Of a DNA stretch of 64,000 nt, positions 30,873 to 44,062 are shown one piece after another; the first letter of the stretch is position 1, and every line of letters begins with the position of its first letter. The notes beneath the pieces were generated by a model that saw nothing but the letters and a program-made list of their open reading frames with translations, did no database searches and was not told the origin of the DNA. The position numbers and the translations under genes are program-made. The stretch is from Octopus vulgaris (taxonomy: Eukaryota): the NCBI GenBank assembly GCA_951406725.2, contig OX597819.1, positions 129,766,001-129,830,000 on the forward strand, read 5' to 3'.

Positions 30873-31373
30873 ACATAGTTCTTGACCCGGTACTTCAAGT
30901 AACGACTAGGGTAGGGTAACTGACTGCTTATTGTGATCATTCGTCTTTTGGTTTCCTGTAGCTTTGCTCTCTTTTACAAACCCAGTGAACATATATTTCC
31001 TATTTCAAAGAAATTCAAACAATAGAAATAACACCCAAGTTAAAAAGATATTCAACAATCCAACTTCTCTGGTTGACATTAAGATGCCCACCTCCAACAG
31101 GGGCCTTAACTCTCACATTTTAGAGCTCCATGACCTTCATTTTTTAGGAGCAAAATCTTTTTAACAGGTTCAATAAGACTGGAATTTTGGAATATGCGCA
31201 TAAAAATCAGTAGTATGGGATACATGTGGCACGATTACAATTTTTTTAGGGTGTATAAAGAGGGAAATAACCCTCATCTGCAATTTTGATGAAATTCGAA
31301 ACATAGAAAATATAACAGAAAAGTCTAATCCTTCAAATGAATGTAACCTGGCCACGCCGGGTATCTCTGATAG
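29351..31373 (+). mobile_element. Non-autonomous Helitron with nested SINE and internal tandem duplication
   Basis: 5' TCTATATATATATAAAA..(GTCT)n; 3' hairpin ACCTGGCCACGCCGGGT followed by ATAG (CTAG variant). It splits a run of TCCACTA..TATTTAT units present on both sides. Confidence 0.65.
29381..30458 (+). repeat. Near-identical tandem duplication (29381-29914 / 29915-30458)
   Basis: Both units run from TCTGTCTGTCTGTGTGTTTCCC to GTGTGGTAACTTG; differences are mainly in the microsatellite portions. Confidence 0.9.
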
Positions 31374-31379
31374 TATATA

Positions 31380-31422
<43 letters not shown>

Positions 31423-31475
31423 AATATATATATATCCACTACTTATTTATATAACATATATATATGTCCACTATT

Positions 31476-31541
<66 letters not shown>

Positions 31542-31750
31542 TATATTTAATGCATCAAGATGTAATAAAAAAACATTAAAAAGCTGATTTTAATTCCAGG
31601 TCTTTGCTAAACTGAGAATGAGTTTTGCAGTAATAATTTTGTGCAAATCACTGTAACAGCCTGTTGAATCGAGAAACTATCTTCCTCGTGTGGTACCTTA
31701 CTCAAAGTAAGCACTCCTTATGACTATCACGGAGCTGATGTTGTTCCAGC

Positions 31751-32140
31751 CTGATGGAAGCACTCCGTCGGCTACGACGATGAGGGTTCCGGTTGATCCG
31801 AATCAACGGAACAGCCTGCTCGTGAAATTAACGTGTAAGTGGCTGAGCACTCCACAGACACGTGCACCCTTAACGTAGTTCTCGGGGATATTCAGCGTGA
31901 CACAGAGAGTGACAAGGCCAGCCCTTTGAAATACAGGTACAGCAGAAACAGGAAGTAAGAGTGAGAGAAAGTTGTGGTGAAAGAGTACAGCAGGGATCAC
32001 CACCATCCCCTGCCGGAGCCTCGTGGAGCTTTTAGGTGTTTTCGCTCAATAAACACTCACAACGCCCGGTCTGGGAATCGAAACCGCGATCCTATGACCG
32101 CGAGTCCGCTGCCCTAACCACTGGGCCATTGCGCCTCCAC
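31751..32140 (-). mobile_element. tRNA-derived SINE, family C (tail type 2), full length with 9-bp TSD
   Basis: GTGGAGGCGCAATGGCCCAGTGGTTAGGG head; TGTTCCAGC at 31742-31750 and 32141-32149. Confidence 0.9.
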
Positions 32141-32919
32141 TGTTCCAGCATACCGAGTTGGTTGACAACAACAAATCGATCGCCAATCTCAAAACAAGAG
32201 GTTGCTACTTAAAGCGACATCTTTTTTGTTTCACTTGTCTTTATTTTCAACTCTATAGTTGCTCTATAGCTAACTTCAGGCGTAGCAACTTACGATCCAA
32301 TTGGCTGCCGGTAATAAGAAGGATAGCTTTCTTAACGTTACAGTTTTTTTACATATTTAATCTAGGGATGTTTCCACCGAAAAAGAGAAAAAACACCCAG
32401 GCAGCCTGATCTGTTGGAATTTAAATGTTACACAACATTAATATACGGGAAGGATGGCCGCGTGAATGTAATTTATTATGAAGATAATTACAGACTGCTA
32501 ATATATCTACAGTCAAACATACGAGTAATATTAATTTAATGCCTCTGTGTAGGTGTCTGACTCTGTGTGTGTGTGTGTAATCAAAGGGTTACATATTATA
32601 TACTCAACGCAGTATCACAGTGCTATATTTATTGACAAGGCTCTCTATAAATCCAGTGTTGGTGTCTACTGAAGCATTGAAGATATGGAGACGAATGCAA
32701 AATACGCCGCATAAGAATCTGCTTATAATGACGCCATAACGGAATTCTATCGAAATTCTGAAACGAAACAGAGTAGAGCAAAAATATAAATTGCTAATTA
32801 TATGATTTTCTTTGTTTAATTATAGGATTGAAATGACGTCATAAAAGAATATTTGAGAAGGTTTTCATGAAATCAATGAAACGATTTAAAATGGTTATTT
32901 CTTAAAAATTATTAGGCTT

Positions 32920-33683
32920 AACTGTAGATAAGAAGCTTGTTTCCCAATCACAGGATTCCTGGTCCAGTCCCTCTGCATGGCATCTCTAGCAAGTGTCTTC
33001 TACTATAGCCATGGGCCGACCGAAGAGGATTTCGTATAAGGAAACTGAAGTATGTATGTGTGTTTGTGCGTGATTATGCCTGTGGTTGTCTCCCTTTAGG
33101 GGGGATAAACACATCTGATGTTGGCGTGTTTAAGCTCCCGTAACTCAGCGGTTCGGCAAAAGGCACCGATGAATATGTATCAGGCTTTAAAAAAAGTTCT
33201 GGGAACGATTCGTTCGATTGAAATTCTTCAGGGTGGTGCCCGGCATGGCCACAGTCTAATGATTGAATCGAATAAAAGGAAACGATAAAAGATACACACA
33301 CATATATTCTTTTATTCTTTTGTTTGTTTCAGTCATTTGAATGCGGCCATGCTGGGGCACCGCCTTTAGTCAAGAAAATAGATCGCAGGGCTTATACTTT
33401 GTAAGTCAAATACTTATTCTATCAGCCGAACCGCTATGTTACAGGGATTGAAACACACCAGCATCGGCTGTCAAGTGATGTTGGCGGGGAGACAAACACA
33501 GACACACAAACATATATATACACACACACACCACACATATATGTACACTTATATATTTTCGACGGGCTTCTTTCAGTTTCCGTCTACCAAATCCACTCAC
33601 AAGGCTTTGGTTGGCCCGAGGCTATTGTAGAAGACCCTTACCCAAATGCCACGCAGTGGGACTGAACCCGGAACCATGTGGTT
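32920..33683. mobile_element. Two tail-to-tail family A SINEs (+ 32920-33290 degenerate; - 33308-33683)
   Basis: Family A blocks on opposite strands. Confidence 0.75.
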
Positions 33684-34046
33684 GATGATGCAAGACCGTA
33701 ACGTTTCTTTGGGAACCAGACAAAAATTGCTACAGCGCGGCTGGGATGTGTTACCCCACTTTTCATATTAACCAGATATTGCTCCTTCGGATTTCCACTT
33801 ATTCAGGTTCCTGCAGAATAGTCTTAATGGTAAAAATTTCAATTCCTTGGATGAGGTAAAAAGATACCTTGATGAATTCTTCGCCATGAAACCACCTCAA
33901 TCCTGGGAAGAGGGTATTTTCAAGTTAAAAGAAAGATGGAGACGCATTGTGCAACAAAATGGTTCATATTTGGTTGATAAAAAATGTAAGGCATGTATTT
34001 ATTGACCTTTTCCTTTCCTTTAAAAATCGGCACAAACTTTCCGGAC

Positions 34047-34055
<9 letters not shown>
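33684..34055 (+). pseudogene. mariner (DD34D) transposase 3' fragment with right TIR
   Basis: DDARP...QKLLQRGWDVLPH..Y*PDIAPSDFHLF...ERWRRIVQQNGSYL; TIR AAAATCGGCACAAACTTTCCGGACAATCCAA followed by TA. Confidence 0.85.
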
Positions 34056-34100
<45 letters not shown>

Positions 34101-34684
34101 GATAGATAGTTTCGTGCGTTAGCGATGCGAATCTAGTAGGTTTTTATAGCCCGCTTATGTCTCCTAGGAATATTCAGACTCTGAGCACATGACCAATTGA
34201 ATTTAAAAACGTGTTATAAAAACCTCCTTAGACTAGCGTCTCCAGTGCATGGAGCTATTAGTTGCTCGTATCTTTATACATACATACATACATACATACA
34301 TACATACATACATACATACATACATACATACATACATACATACATACGTACATACGTACATACATACAGAATAGATACACACACATACACACACACATAT
34401 ATATATATACACGAGACGGAATGTTACATATGATAAACACCAAAGAACTAGCGCGGAAAACAATAAAGGAGCTCCTATGCTGCCTTGAAACCTCAATGAA
34501 GGGATCGAAGGAAGCAGAAGACAAACCGAGAGGTATCAAATAAGTCAGCGAATGTCCTCTCTCCATCAGACCTGATGGAGACAATCAGAATCCAGCTGCT
34601 TTACCAACAGGCGCGATGAGCTTGCGTATAGCAGCAATTAGTGTTTTTGTCCAAAATATACGCAAATTATATTCATTTGGACGG

Positions 34685-34756
34685 TCGCACTGATGATCTA
34701 CGGATATTTATGTAAGTAAAATTACGTGATATGTTAATAGTGAAACATGTATGCGA
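34685..34756 (+). ncRNA. Type I hammerhead ribozyme, canonical core, long stem II
   Basis: TCGCA-CTGATGA-TCTA...TAGT-GAAA-CATG-TA-TGCGA; palindromic stem III ACATGT, GUA triplet. The element continues about 150 nt to TA-rich sequence at 34907. Confidence 0.75.
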
Positions 34757-35414
34757 ATAATCCATATTTCTATTGCTTTTTCTTTTGTCTTCCTCGATTG
34801 CGTTTTGGTTGTTTTGCTAAATTTTTCTTGGGAACATTTCTTAGTGGTAAGACCATAGCGGATCTATTTCTAGCATAATGGTATCCCCATAGTGGTTTCC
34901 CTCTAATATGTATATATATATACATATACATAAAGTATACATACATATATCTATATACATAAAGTATACATACATATATCTATATATCTATACCTACATA
35001 TACATATATGATTACGTCTACACACACATATATATATATATATATATACATATATATTATATATTGTATGTGTTTATGTGGGTATATGAACATATATGGG
35101 CATGCACATATATGTGTGTGTATCTACTCACACATACAGCCCTCATACACTCACGCACACACACATAGAGACACACACACACAAGCGTTCACACTTATAT
35201 TGCTTTGTTCTGTTCTTTCTCCAAACTTGAGAAAAAACAAAAAACCGGCACAATACCCTACTGTGATTAACGAACAACACCACATCCAACAGGGTATTGA
35301 AATGTTATAGCAATACAAACAAACGACTTGAAGTGATATCACAGCACACAATCACACAGACGAACGAATAATTGTATGTAGACATATACGCGCGCACATG
35401 TGCATACATCATAC

Positions 35415-35461
<47 letters not shown>

Positions 35462-35556
35462 CACACACGTATTCATATTATATACACACAAGACATATTT
35501 GAACATACAGACTTTAGTCACCCACACACGCACATGCACTCATTCATGTGGGTCTA

Positions 35557-35560
35557 TAAC

Positions 35561-35628
<68 letters not shown>

Positions 35629-35644
35629 CAACAACAACAACAAC

Positions 35645-35691
<47 letters not shown>

Positions 35692-35724
35692 TGATGATGA
35701 TGATGATGATGATGATAATAATAA
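35557..35724. repeat. Compound (AAT)/(AAC)/(GAT) microsatellite
   Basis: Directly visible. Confidence 0.95.
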
Positions 35725-35873
35725 CGGCTAACTAAACATTTGTCGTTTTTTTTTCAATTGTTTTCTTCGTCATTAATTTTCGTTTCCTGGAGTTTACGTA
35801 CAGATATTTCGTTGGAATTTTATTATATATTGATTCGTATACTAGTCTTTCTTCTCACATATACAGACTGTAG

Positions 35874-35922
<49 letters not shown>

Positions 35923-35947
35923 TATATATATATATAGATAGATAGAT

Positions 35948-35991
<44 letters not shown>

Positions 35992-36278
35992 CACACGCAC
36001 ACAGACATACACACAGAGAAAACCTAAACACACACCCAGCCATATTTTCAACTTTTATCAGCATTCGATATTTCATTGTTATTCCATATAGAAAGACTTA
36101 AAAGCATGTACACAAAATTCTGAAAACTCGTATCAATACAGTGAGTCGTTTTAAATATATGCGCAGACACAGAAGTACACACACATACAGAGAAACGTGT
36201 GGAAACTCACACGCACGCTCGCATTCATGCAATATTTGAGTAGATATTTATTCGTTTGATACACATATATCCATACAT

Positions 36279-36344
<66 letters not shown>

Positions 36345-36453
36345 CATCTTTGTTTATAATATTAACCTTAAAGGTATTTTAATATGCTGCCACATTTTTT
36401 GATGGAATTTCTTTCTGTAAAAAAACTTCATCCTATATTAGTAGTATATATAT

Positions 36454-36530
<77 letters not shown>

Positions 36531-36610
36531 ATAAACATATATAGATACACACACGCACACATATTTGTTAAAATATGTGTATGTATTTGTATATAGATAT
36601 GCATGTATGA

Positions 36611-36700
<90 letters not shown>

Positions 36701-36853
36701 TTATTTATAAATATATAAGCGATATTCTTATATATAGGCACACCGTATGTACATACATCATATATATATATGTATTTGTGCATATTTATACATATATACA
36801 TACACACATACATAGATACATACATACACCCCGCCCATCTATCTCTCTCTCTC

Positions 36854-36908
<55 letters not shown>

Positions 36909-36911
36909 GTA

Positions 36912-38189
36912 TATCTGGTCATCCCATAAGTTCTGTCCGATTTTACCTTTATTAAAATTGAATGAAATTTAATAGTATTTTTGAATGTCTAATGCAATTA
37001 AAATTATTTTTATGCATTTGCGTACATTTAAACTAATTAGATATTATTTTACAGAATAATAGAATTAAAATTTCTTTGATTAAAACCCCTTCTAACATGG
37101 AAGTATCCAAAGAGCATTTGAGGCACATAATGCTTTATGAGTACGAAAAAGGAAACTCTGCAGCCGAAGCGACTCGAAACATACACTCAGTTTATGGCAA
37201 AGAATGCTTGAATGAAAGAACTTGCAGAAGCTGGTTTGAAAAATTCAGAAGTGGAGATTTCAGCTTTAAAGATGAAGATCGAACAGGACATCCAGTTGAG
37301 TTTGATGATAAGCTCCTTGAGGCATTACTTGAAGAAAATCTTTCATTATCAGTTGAAGAATTGGCAATAAAGCTTAGTTCAAACCATACAACTGTTCATC
37401 GTCATCTTCAACAACTTGGAAAGATTCCTAAACTTGGAAAATGGTTGCCTCATGAATTGTCCGAAAGCAACCGCAAATCCCGAGTTAACATCTGCTCTTC
37501 TTTCCATCCTTGCAAACTCATTTCACTCTTTTTGGATAGACTTGTAATTGGTGACGAAAAATGGATCTTCTATTGAAATGTTAAACGTCGTAAACAGTGG
37601 CTTGGTAAAAGGGAAAAAGCTCAACCACAACCGAGAAGGGAACTTCATGAGAAAAAGGATTTTCTCTCTATCTGGTAAGATTGCAAAGGACTAATTCACT
37701 TTTATTGTTACCACCTAATGCAACTATCAATGCTCAAGTCTACTGTCAGCAATTAGAGGGTTTGAACCAAGCTTTGAAGAAAAAACGACCCGCTTTAGTG
37801 AATCGAAAAGGAGTGATGTTTCATTAGGACTCCGAACTGCAAAGATCACATCACAGAAGATCAAAGAGCTTGGTTTGGAAAATTCCTCATCCACCTTATT
37901 CCCCCGAACTTGCTCCTCCAGACTAACATTTGTTTCGTAGTTTACAGAATCATTTGGGGGATATAACTTTCGCAAGCCAGGAAGAGGTTAAAACTGACAT
38001 TTCCGAGTTCTTCGCTTTGAAATCAAAAGAGTTTTACATTGATGGGATTTAAAAGCTTGTAAATAGATGGAAGTAAGTCATGGATAATCAGGGAAAGTAC
38101 ATTGATGATTAAATTTCAATTAGATATAACATTTGATCACTTGTTTTCTTTATTGAAAACTGGGACAAAACCTATGAGATGTCCTGATA
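36912..38189 (+). mobile_element. Full-length mariner transposon (~1.28 kb), inactive
   Basis: Imperfect TIRs TA-TCTGGTCATCCCATAAGTTCTGTCCGATTTT and AAAACTGGGACAAAACCTATGAGATGTCCTGA-TA. Confidence 0.9.
37097..38112 (+). pseudogene. mariner DD34D transposase pseudogene
   Basis: MEVSKEHLRHIMLYEY HTH region, WLPHEL, GDEKW, H*D, HPPYSPELAPPD; several stops and frameshifts. Confidence 0.92.
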
Positions 38190-38632
38190 GTAGATTGTCA
38201 TGTGGTACATGAATATGTGGGGTGATTTGATCACTTAAATTTGTGCATTTCTGTGTGTGTATATATATATATATATACACACACAGAGAAATGCACAAAT
38301 TGATTTTGTATTCAATCCGCAGATTTCATCCATAGATAGACTAAACTATGTTGCAGGAGATTTATATAAGTCTCAAAATACCTGGGCTATAAAAGAAAGA
38401 ACAAGGCAAACAGGGTTGCATCCGCAAAATCTAGTCAATAAGTGGCACAGTGAAGATCTTCAATGTATTCTAAAAATTCACAGTTTGTTCCCTGTAATTA
38501 ATATATGCACCAGTGGCGTATGTTGATAGTTGTATCGTGTTGTCACAATGATATCAAATCTGAAGTAGGGGTGTAAGGAAAGTTTTTCATTTGGATTTGC
38601 GATTAAATTAACAAGTAAAGTTAATATATATA

Positions 38633-38803
38633 GGCGCAGGAGTGGCTGTGTGGTAAGTAGCTTGCTAACCAACCACATGGTTCCGGGTTCAGTCCCACTG
38701 CGTGGCATCTTGGGCAAGTGTCTTCTGCTATAGCCCCGGGCCGACCAATGCCTTGTGAGTGGATTTGGTAGACGGAAACTGAAAGAAGCCTGTCGTATAT
38801 ACG

Positions 38804-38862
<59 letters not shown>

Positions 38863-39078
38863 TTGTGTGTCTGTGTTTGTCCCCCTAGCATTGCTTGACA
38901 ACCGATGCTTGTGTGTTTACGTCCCCGTCACTTAGCGGCTCGGCAAAAGAGACCGATAGAATAAGTACTGGGCTTACAAAGAATAAGTCCTGGGGGTCGA
39001 GTTGGTCGATTAAAGGCGGTGCTCCAGCATGGCCGCAGTCAAATGAATGAAACAAGTAATAGAGTAAAAGAGTAAGAG
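38633..39078 (+). mobile_element. SINE family A, full length
   Basis: Matches family A throughout. Confidence 0.9.
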
Positions 39079-39447
39079 TATTCATGATCAATTGTGCCAT
39101 TTCCGATGGGTGTGCAGCGAAAACTTAGCACGGCCAGGATACACCCCCCCCCTAACATGCACACAATCACATGAGTGAATATAATACGCACGCATATAAA
39201 AATAATATTCAAATGCAAATAATCATGTACTGAAGAAAGATATACTGTTAATAAATGAGAGTAAATAAAGCCATTCGTATACACCTACACACATGCATAT
39301 CTGACAGATTCATAAATGCATGGAAATGTTTTCACTAACAAAAAAAAAAAAGCAACAAAAAAACCCACAGGGAATCCATCGTTATTTTGTTAGTGACCGA
39401 CTTGAATTCTGGGAAGAACTGAAATAATCTCAAAGAAATTCATCAAA

Positions 39448-40611
39448 CCATCCATGTGTCCATCCATCCATCCATCCATGTGTCCATCCATCCATCCATG
39501 TGTCTATCCATCCATCCATCCATGTGTCCATGCATGTGTCTATCCAACCATCCATGTGTCTATCCAACCATCCATGTGTCTATCCAACCATCCATGTGTC
39601 TATCCAACCATCCATGTGTCTATCCAACCATCCATGTGTCTATCCAACCATCCATGTGTCTATCCAACCATCAATGTGTCCTTCCATCCAACCATGTGTC
39701 CATCCATCCATCCATCCATGTTTCCATCCATCCATCCGTCCATGTGTCTATCCAACCATCCATGTGTCCATCCATCCATCCATCCATCCATCCATCCATC
39801 CATGTGTCTATCCAACCATCCATGTGTCCATCCATCCATCTATCCATCCATGTGTCCATCCATCCATCCATGTGTCCATCCATCCATCCATGTGTCCATC
39901 CATCTATCCATGTGTCTATCCATCCATGTTTCCATCCATCCATCTATCCATCCATCCATGTGTCCATCCATCCATCCATGTGTCCATCCATCTATCCATG
40001 TGTCTATCCATCCATGTTTCCATCCATCCATCTATCCATCCATCCATGTGTCCATCCATCCATCCATGTGTCCATCCATCTATCCATGTGTCTATCCATC
40101 CATGTTTCCATCCATCCATCTATCCATCCATCCATGTGTCCATCCATCCATCCATGTGTCCATCCATCTATCCATGTGTCTATCCATCCATGTTTCCATC
40201 CATCCATCTATCCATCCATCCATGTGTCCATCCATCCATCCATGTGTCCATCCATCTATCCATGTGTCCATCCATCCATGTTTCCATCCATCCATCTATC
40301 CATCCATCCATGTGTCCATCCATCCATCCATCTATCCATCCATCCATGTGTCCATCCATCCATCCATGTGTCCATCCATCCATCCATGTGTCCATCCATC
40401 CATCCATGTGTCTATCCATCTATCCATGTGTCTATCCATCCATGTTTCCATCCATCCATCTATCCATCCATCCATGTGTCCATCCATCCATCCATCTATC
40501 CATCCATCCATGTGTCCATCCATCCATCCATGTGTCCATCCATCTATCCATGTGTCTATCCATCCATGTTTCCATCCATCCATCTATCCATCCATCCATG
40601 TGTCCAACCAT
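39448..40611. repeat. (CCAT)n-derived satellite with 20-bp and 88-bp higher-order units
   Basis: CCATGTGTCTATCCAACCAT about 7 times, then 88-bp periodicity (ORF starts 39943, 40031, 40119, 40207, 40295). Confidence 0.92.
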
Positions 40612-41267
40612 CTTTTCTTCCTTCCTTCCTCCGTCCGTCCGCCTGTCCAGCTCTCCGCTTTCTATTTTTACATATTACATATTGCCTACTTAGGGATTGT
40701 ATCAAGGTTATAAATTTTTATTGGTATCTACTATCCATAAATAGACTACATACATACACACACACAAAAACATACATACATACATACATACATACGTACA
40801 TACATACATACACACACACATACATACATACATACATACATACATACATACATACATAAGTAAATACATACGTAAATACGTACATACGTACATACATACA
40901 TACATACATACATACATACATACATACATACATACATAGGAAGCATGCATACTATTCACACACGCTCACACATACACACATTGCGTTACACGTCAGCCTC
41001 TAACAAAGCCAGCAACGAGATTTTTTTCTTCCTTTCAGTTCTTCCGTATTTCCCTTCACCAGCACTTTCGAACCAAAAACACATGCGTTAGACCAGCTGT
41101 GGGATAAGATAACAGCCACTGCAGAGCTCCCCTGCCGTTCGGATGGGGAGCGACGTTTATTGTCAATATCCTAACTATTTGTTATGTTATCTACAACCAA
41201 CGATTAACGAGATATTCACTTACAGAGGCCGGATACGCTTCATTCGACAGTTGTTTGGGGTGTGCAC

Positions 41268-41371
<104 letters not shown>

Positions 41372-41463
41372 CATATATATATATATACATATATATATAT
41401 ACACACATATATATATTATATATATATACATACACACATGTATACATACATACATACATATAT

Positions 41464-41674
41464 GTGGAGGCGCAATGGCCCAGTGGTTAGGGCAACGGAC
41501 TCGCAGTTGTAGGATCGCGGTTTCGATTCCCAGACCGGGCGCTGTGAGTGTTTATTGAGCGAAAATACCTAAAGCTCCACGACGCTCCAGCAGGGGGTGG
41601 TGGCCATTCCTGCTATACTCTTTCGCCACAACTTTCTCTCACTCTTTCTTCTGTTGGCCTGCTCGCTTAGCCAG
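41464..41674 (+). mobile_element. SINE family C, 5' half
   Basis: GTGGAGGCGCAATGGCCCAGTGGTTAGGG head and shared central region. Confidence 0.8.
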
Positions 41675-41689
41675 TGTAACCTGGCTACT

Positions 41690-42400
41690 GGACTTGCAAA
41701 CTCTTTATCATTGGTCCACTGTATCCAAAAGGCAACTGACTTCCACAACAGAGCAAACATTTTCTTGTGATTCCACACAATATCTAACCGGTTATGTTTT
41801 AATTTGGTGGCTGGTTAGTTCCACCAATATTCTTTGAACCTACCACTCTCAATGTTATTAGCTTCGCTTCGTTTGTTGGTATTTTCTTCTTTTATCAGAT
41901 TGTTCTGGTCACCACATCATACCGCATGGGAAGATAATATCTAGAAGAAATTCTCTTACAGTTAGCGATAATATGGTCGATATCTTCAGTCTTAGATTTG
42001 CACAGTTTATGTCTGTCAATGTTTTCTTCCCTTTATGCTGCAAGCAATTAGTGGGGATCTCTAGTTCTTGAATTGCATGGAAGTAGCCTTCATTTCTTTC
42101 CATGGTTTGTGTTTTTCGTGCGAAGTACACTTTCATTATCTTCCAAGTTAATTGCACCATTTAAAAAAGAGTTACATAAAATCAACCAATACTCCTTGGA
42201 GAAACATCTCTATCAGCTCTTATTTCAAGCTACTTCTCAAGTTCACCAGCAATCCTAATTGTGTTGTCAACTTCGTGGCCGCAAACCTGAGCAAGATAGT
42301 TATTGGCTTCTTTCTTCTACTGCAGGTGTTACTTCACAGTCCCAATACGTGCTTCATATGATATCAACACAGATTTGAGACCGCGACAACCATCCTTGCG
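41690..42400 (-). pseudogene. R4/Dong-like non-LTR retrotransposon fragment (zinc knuckle and REL endonuclease)
   Basis: Minus strand RKDGCRGLKS...EGYFHAIQELEIPT...KLCKSKTEDIDHIIANC...YYLPMRYD...EYWWN...KHNRLDI. Confidence 0.75.
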
Positions 42401-44062
42401 TGGGATTATTGAACCGGGAGCTTTCAGTAACATTGAGCAGCACACGAGTTCGTACGTCTCTCTCGTTGAACACTTGCAGTGACCAATTTAGAATGCTAGA
42501 TATCAGTGTGAGGATCGGCACTGTAAAAGTGTATGCGTGTTTGAGTATTTGTGCGTGTGTTTGTTTGTGTATGTTAATATATGCGTGTAACTCAGTGTAC
42601 GTAAACGTAACGTAGTGTATGTATGTTTGTGTGTATAACTTTATATATTACTTCTGGAAAATAGTAAGGTCTACCAAATCAGGTTATGGAGACTTAAAGG
42701 TATACGGGGGCACCGATACCGCAAAAAGAATGCGATCAAATTAAATCTTGTATTTAGTCCGAAGCTCAAGCTCTCCATATCTTATTGCTTTGGTCTTTTG
42801 TGTCTCTTCCAATGTAATTCTTTTGAAATACACATACATACGGCCAGAGTTGACATGAGAAGGAACAACAAAAACAAGAACGACGATGACGAGCACGATG
42901 ACGACAACTTCAGTAACATGGGAGCCAATATGGGAACCTCTGTGGCGTCACTCATTCTGCTAGAAATGTCAACCAAATATTCTTTAAATAACATCCGATC
43001 ATTTTTTATAAAAAGGCAAGGACACATTCGATGATGTAAACCATTGTGTCAATAAAAAGGACAAGATGATCACGATTGGAGCGCCTCTGATCATGGATCT
43101 GCTCGATCAGGATTGGTCTGGGACAAAACAGTAACAACAGCACCAGCTGCATGAAGATCAATAACGGCAACAAAGATTGTATCACCACAATGATAGCTCA
43201 TCTCTTTCAGAGCTACAAGATATTTCAGTTTCATCCATAGCGCAAAGTCAAACGAGATCCTCCTCCTCCTCCTCCTCCTCACCTCCTCCTCCTCCCCCTC
43301 CTCCGCTACTACTACTACTACTACTGTAGACATCCAAAATCCCTTTCCCCTAAAATGACTACCCAAATGATGTTATTCCTAACACTTCTGCACTTCTCCC
43401 CTGATCTACAGATAGGCTGTTTGCTCTTTGGTTTTTTCCTATCAATACTGCAATGATGTCTGTTCCTCAAATGGTTGCTGTTGCGTCACTTCCTCTCAAA
43501 CTCTTTCGACTCACTCATTTTCCTTCTTTCATCACTCATATTTGGCTTAGAGTCCGCGCTAAAAGCTACACTGAGTCCTAATTTTCCAGAACTCTATTCC
43601 TGTCGAATCTCTTCCATGTCCACACTTGCAGCTATTGAAAAAAAACAAAAAAACAAAACAGCAACAGCAACAACAACAACAAAAAAACTACCAGTTGTGT
43701 CCATCTCGAAGGCCTTGGACAGCAGTCGAAGGTCATGGGCCCTCCAAACACACAAAAACCTCCACTACAATTCCATTGTAATGAATGTGTACAAATACAC
43801 GGAGTCAGGTATTATATTGTCATAACACATTTCGCTAATAGAAATACTGACAACTATTCGATATTAATTATTGATTTCTTTCAAACTCACATGTAAATCA
43901 GACTAACAGAGCCAGGTGTAATGGGATTAAACTATAGTCGTAGCTTTGTCAAGAACATTAGTAGCGTCAGGGAAGCAAAAGCGGTACGAGCAACTATAGA
44001 TTTCTTTCAATCTGACGAATGTGCCAATGACGTCACTGGACATACTTAGCAAAATATTAACA

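Noticed and set aside
31751-32140. tRNA genes at SINE heads
   Set aside because: A/B boxes are present but followed by SINE body and TSD; no complete cloverleaf.
39454-40859. 400-470 aa HPSI-repeat ORFs
   Set aside because: All three frames are open because the satellite lacks stop codons.
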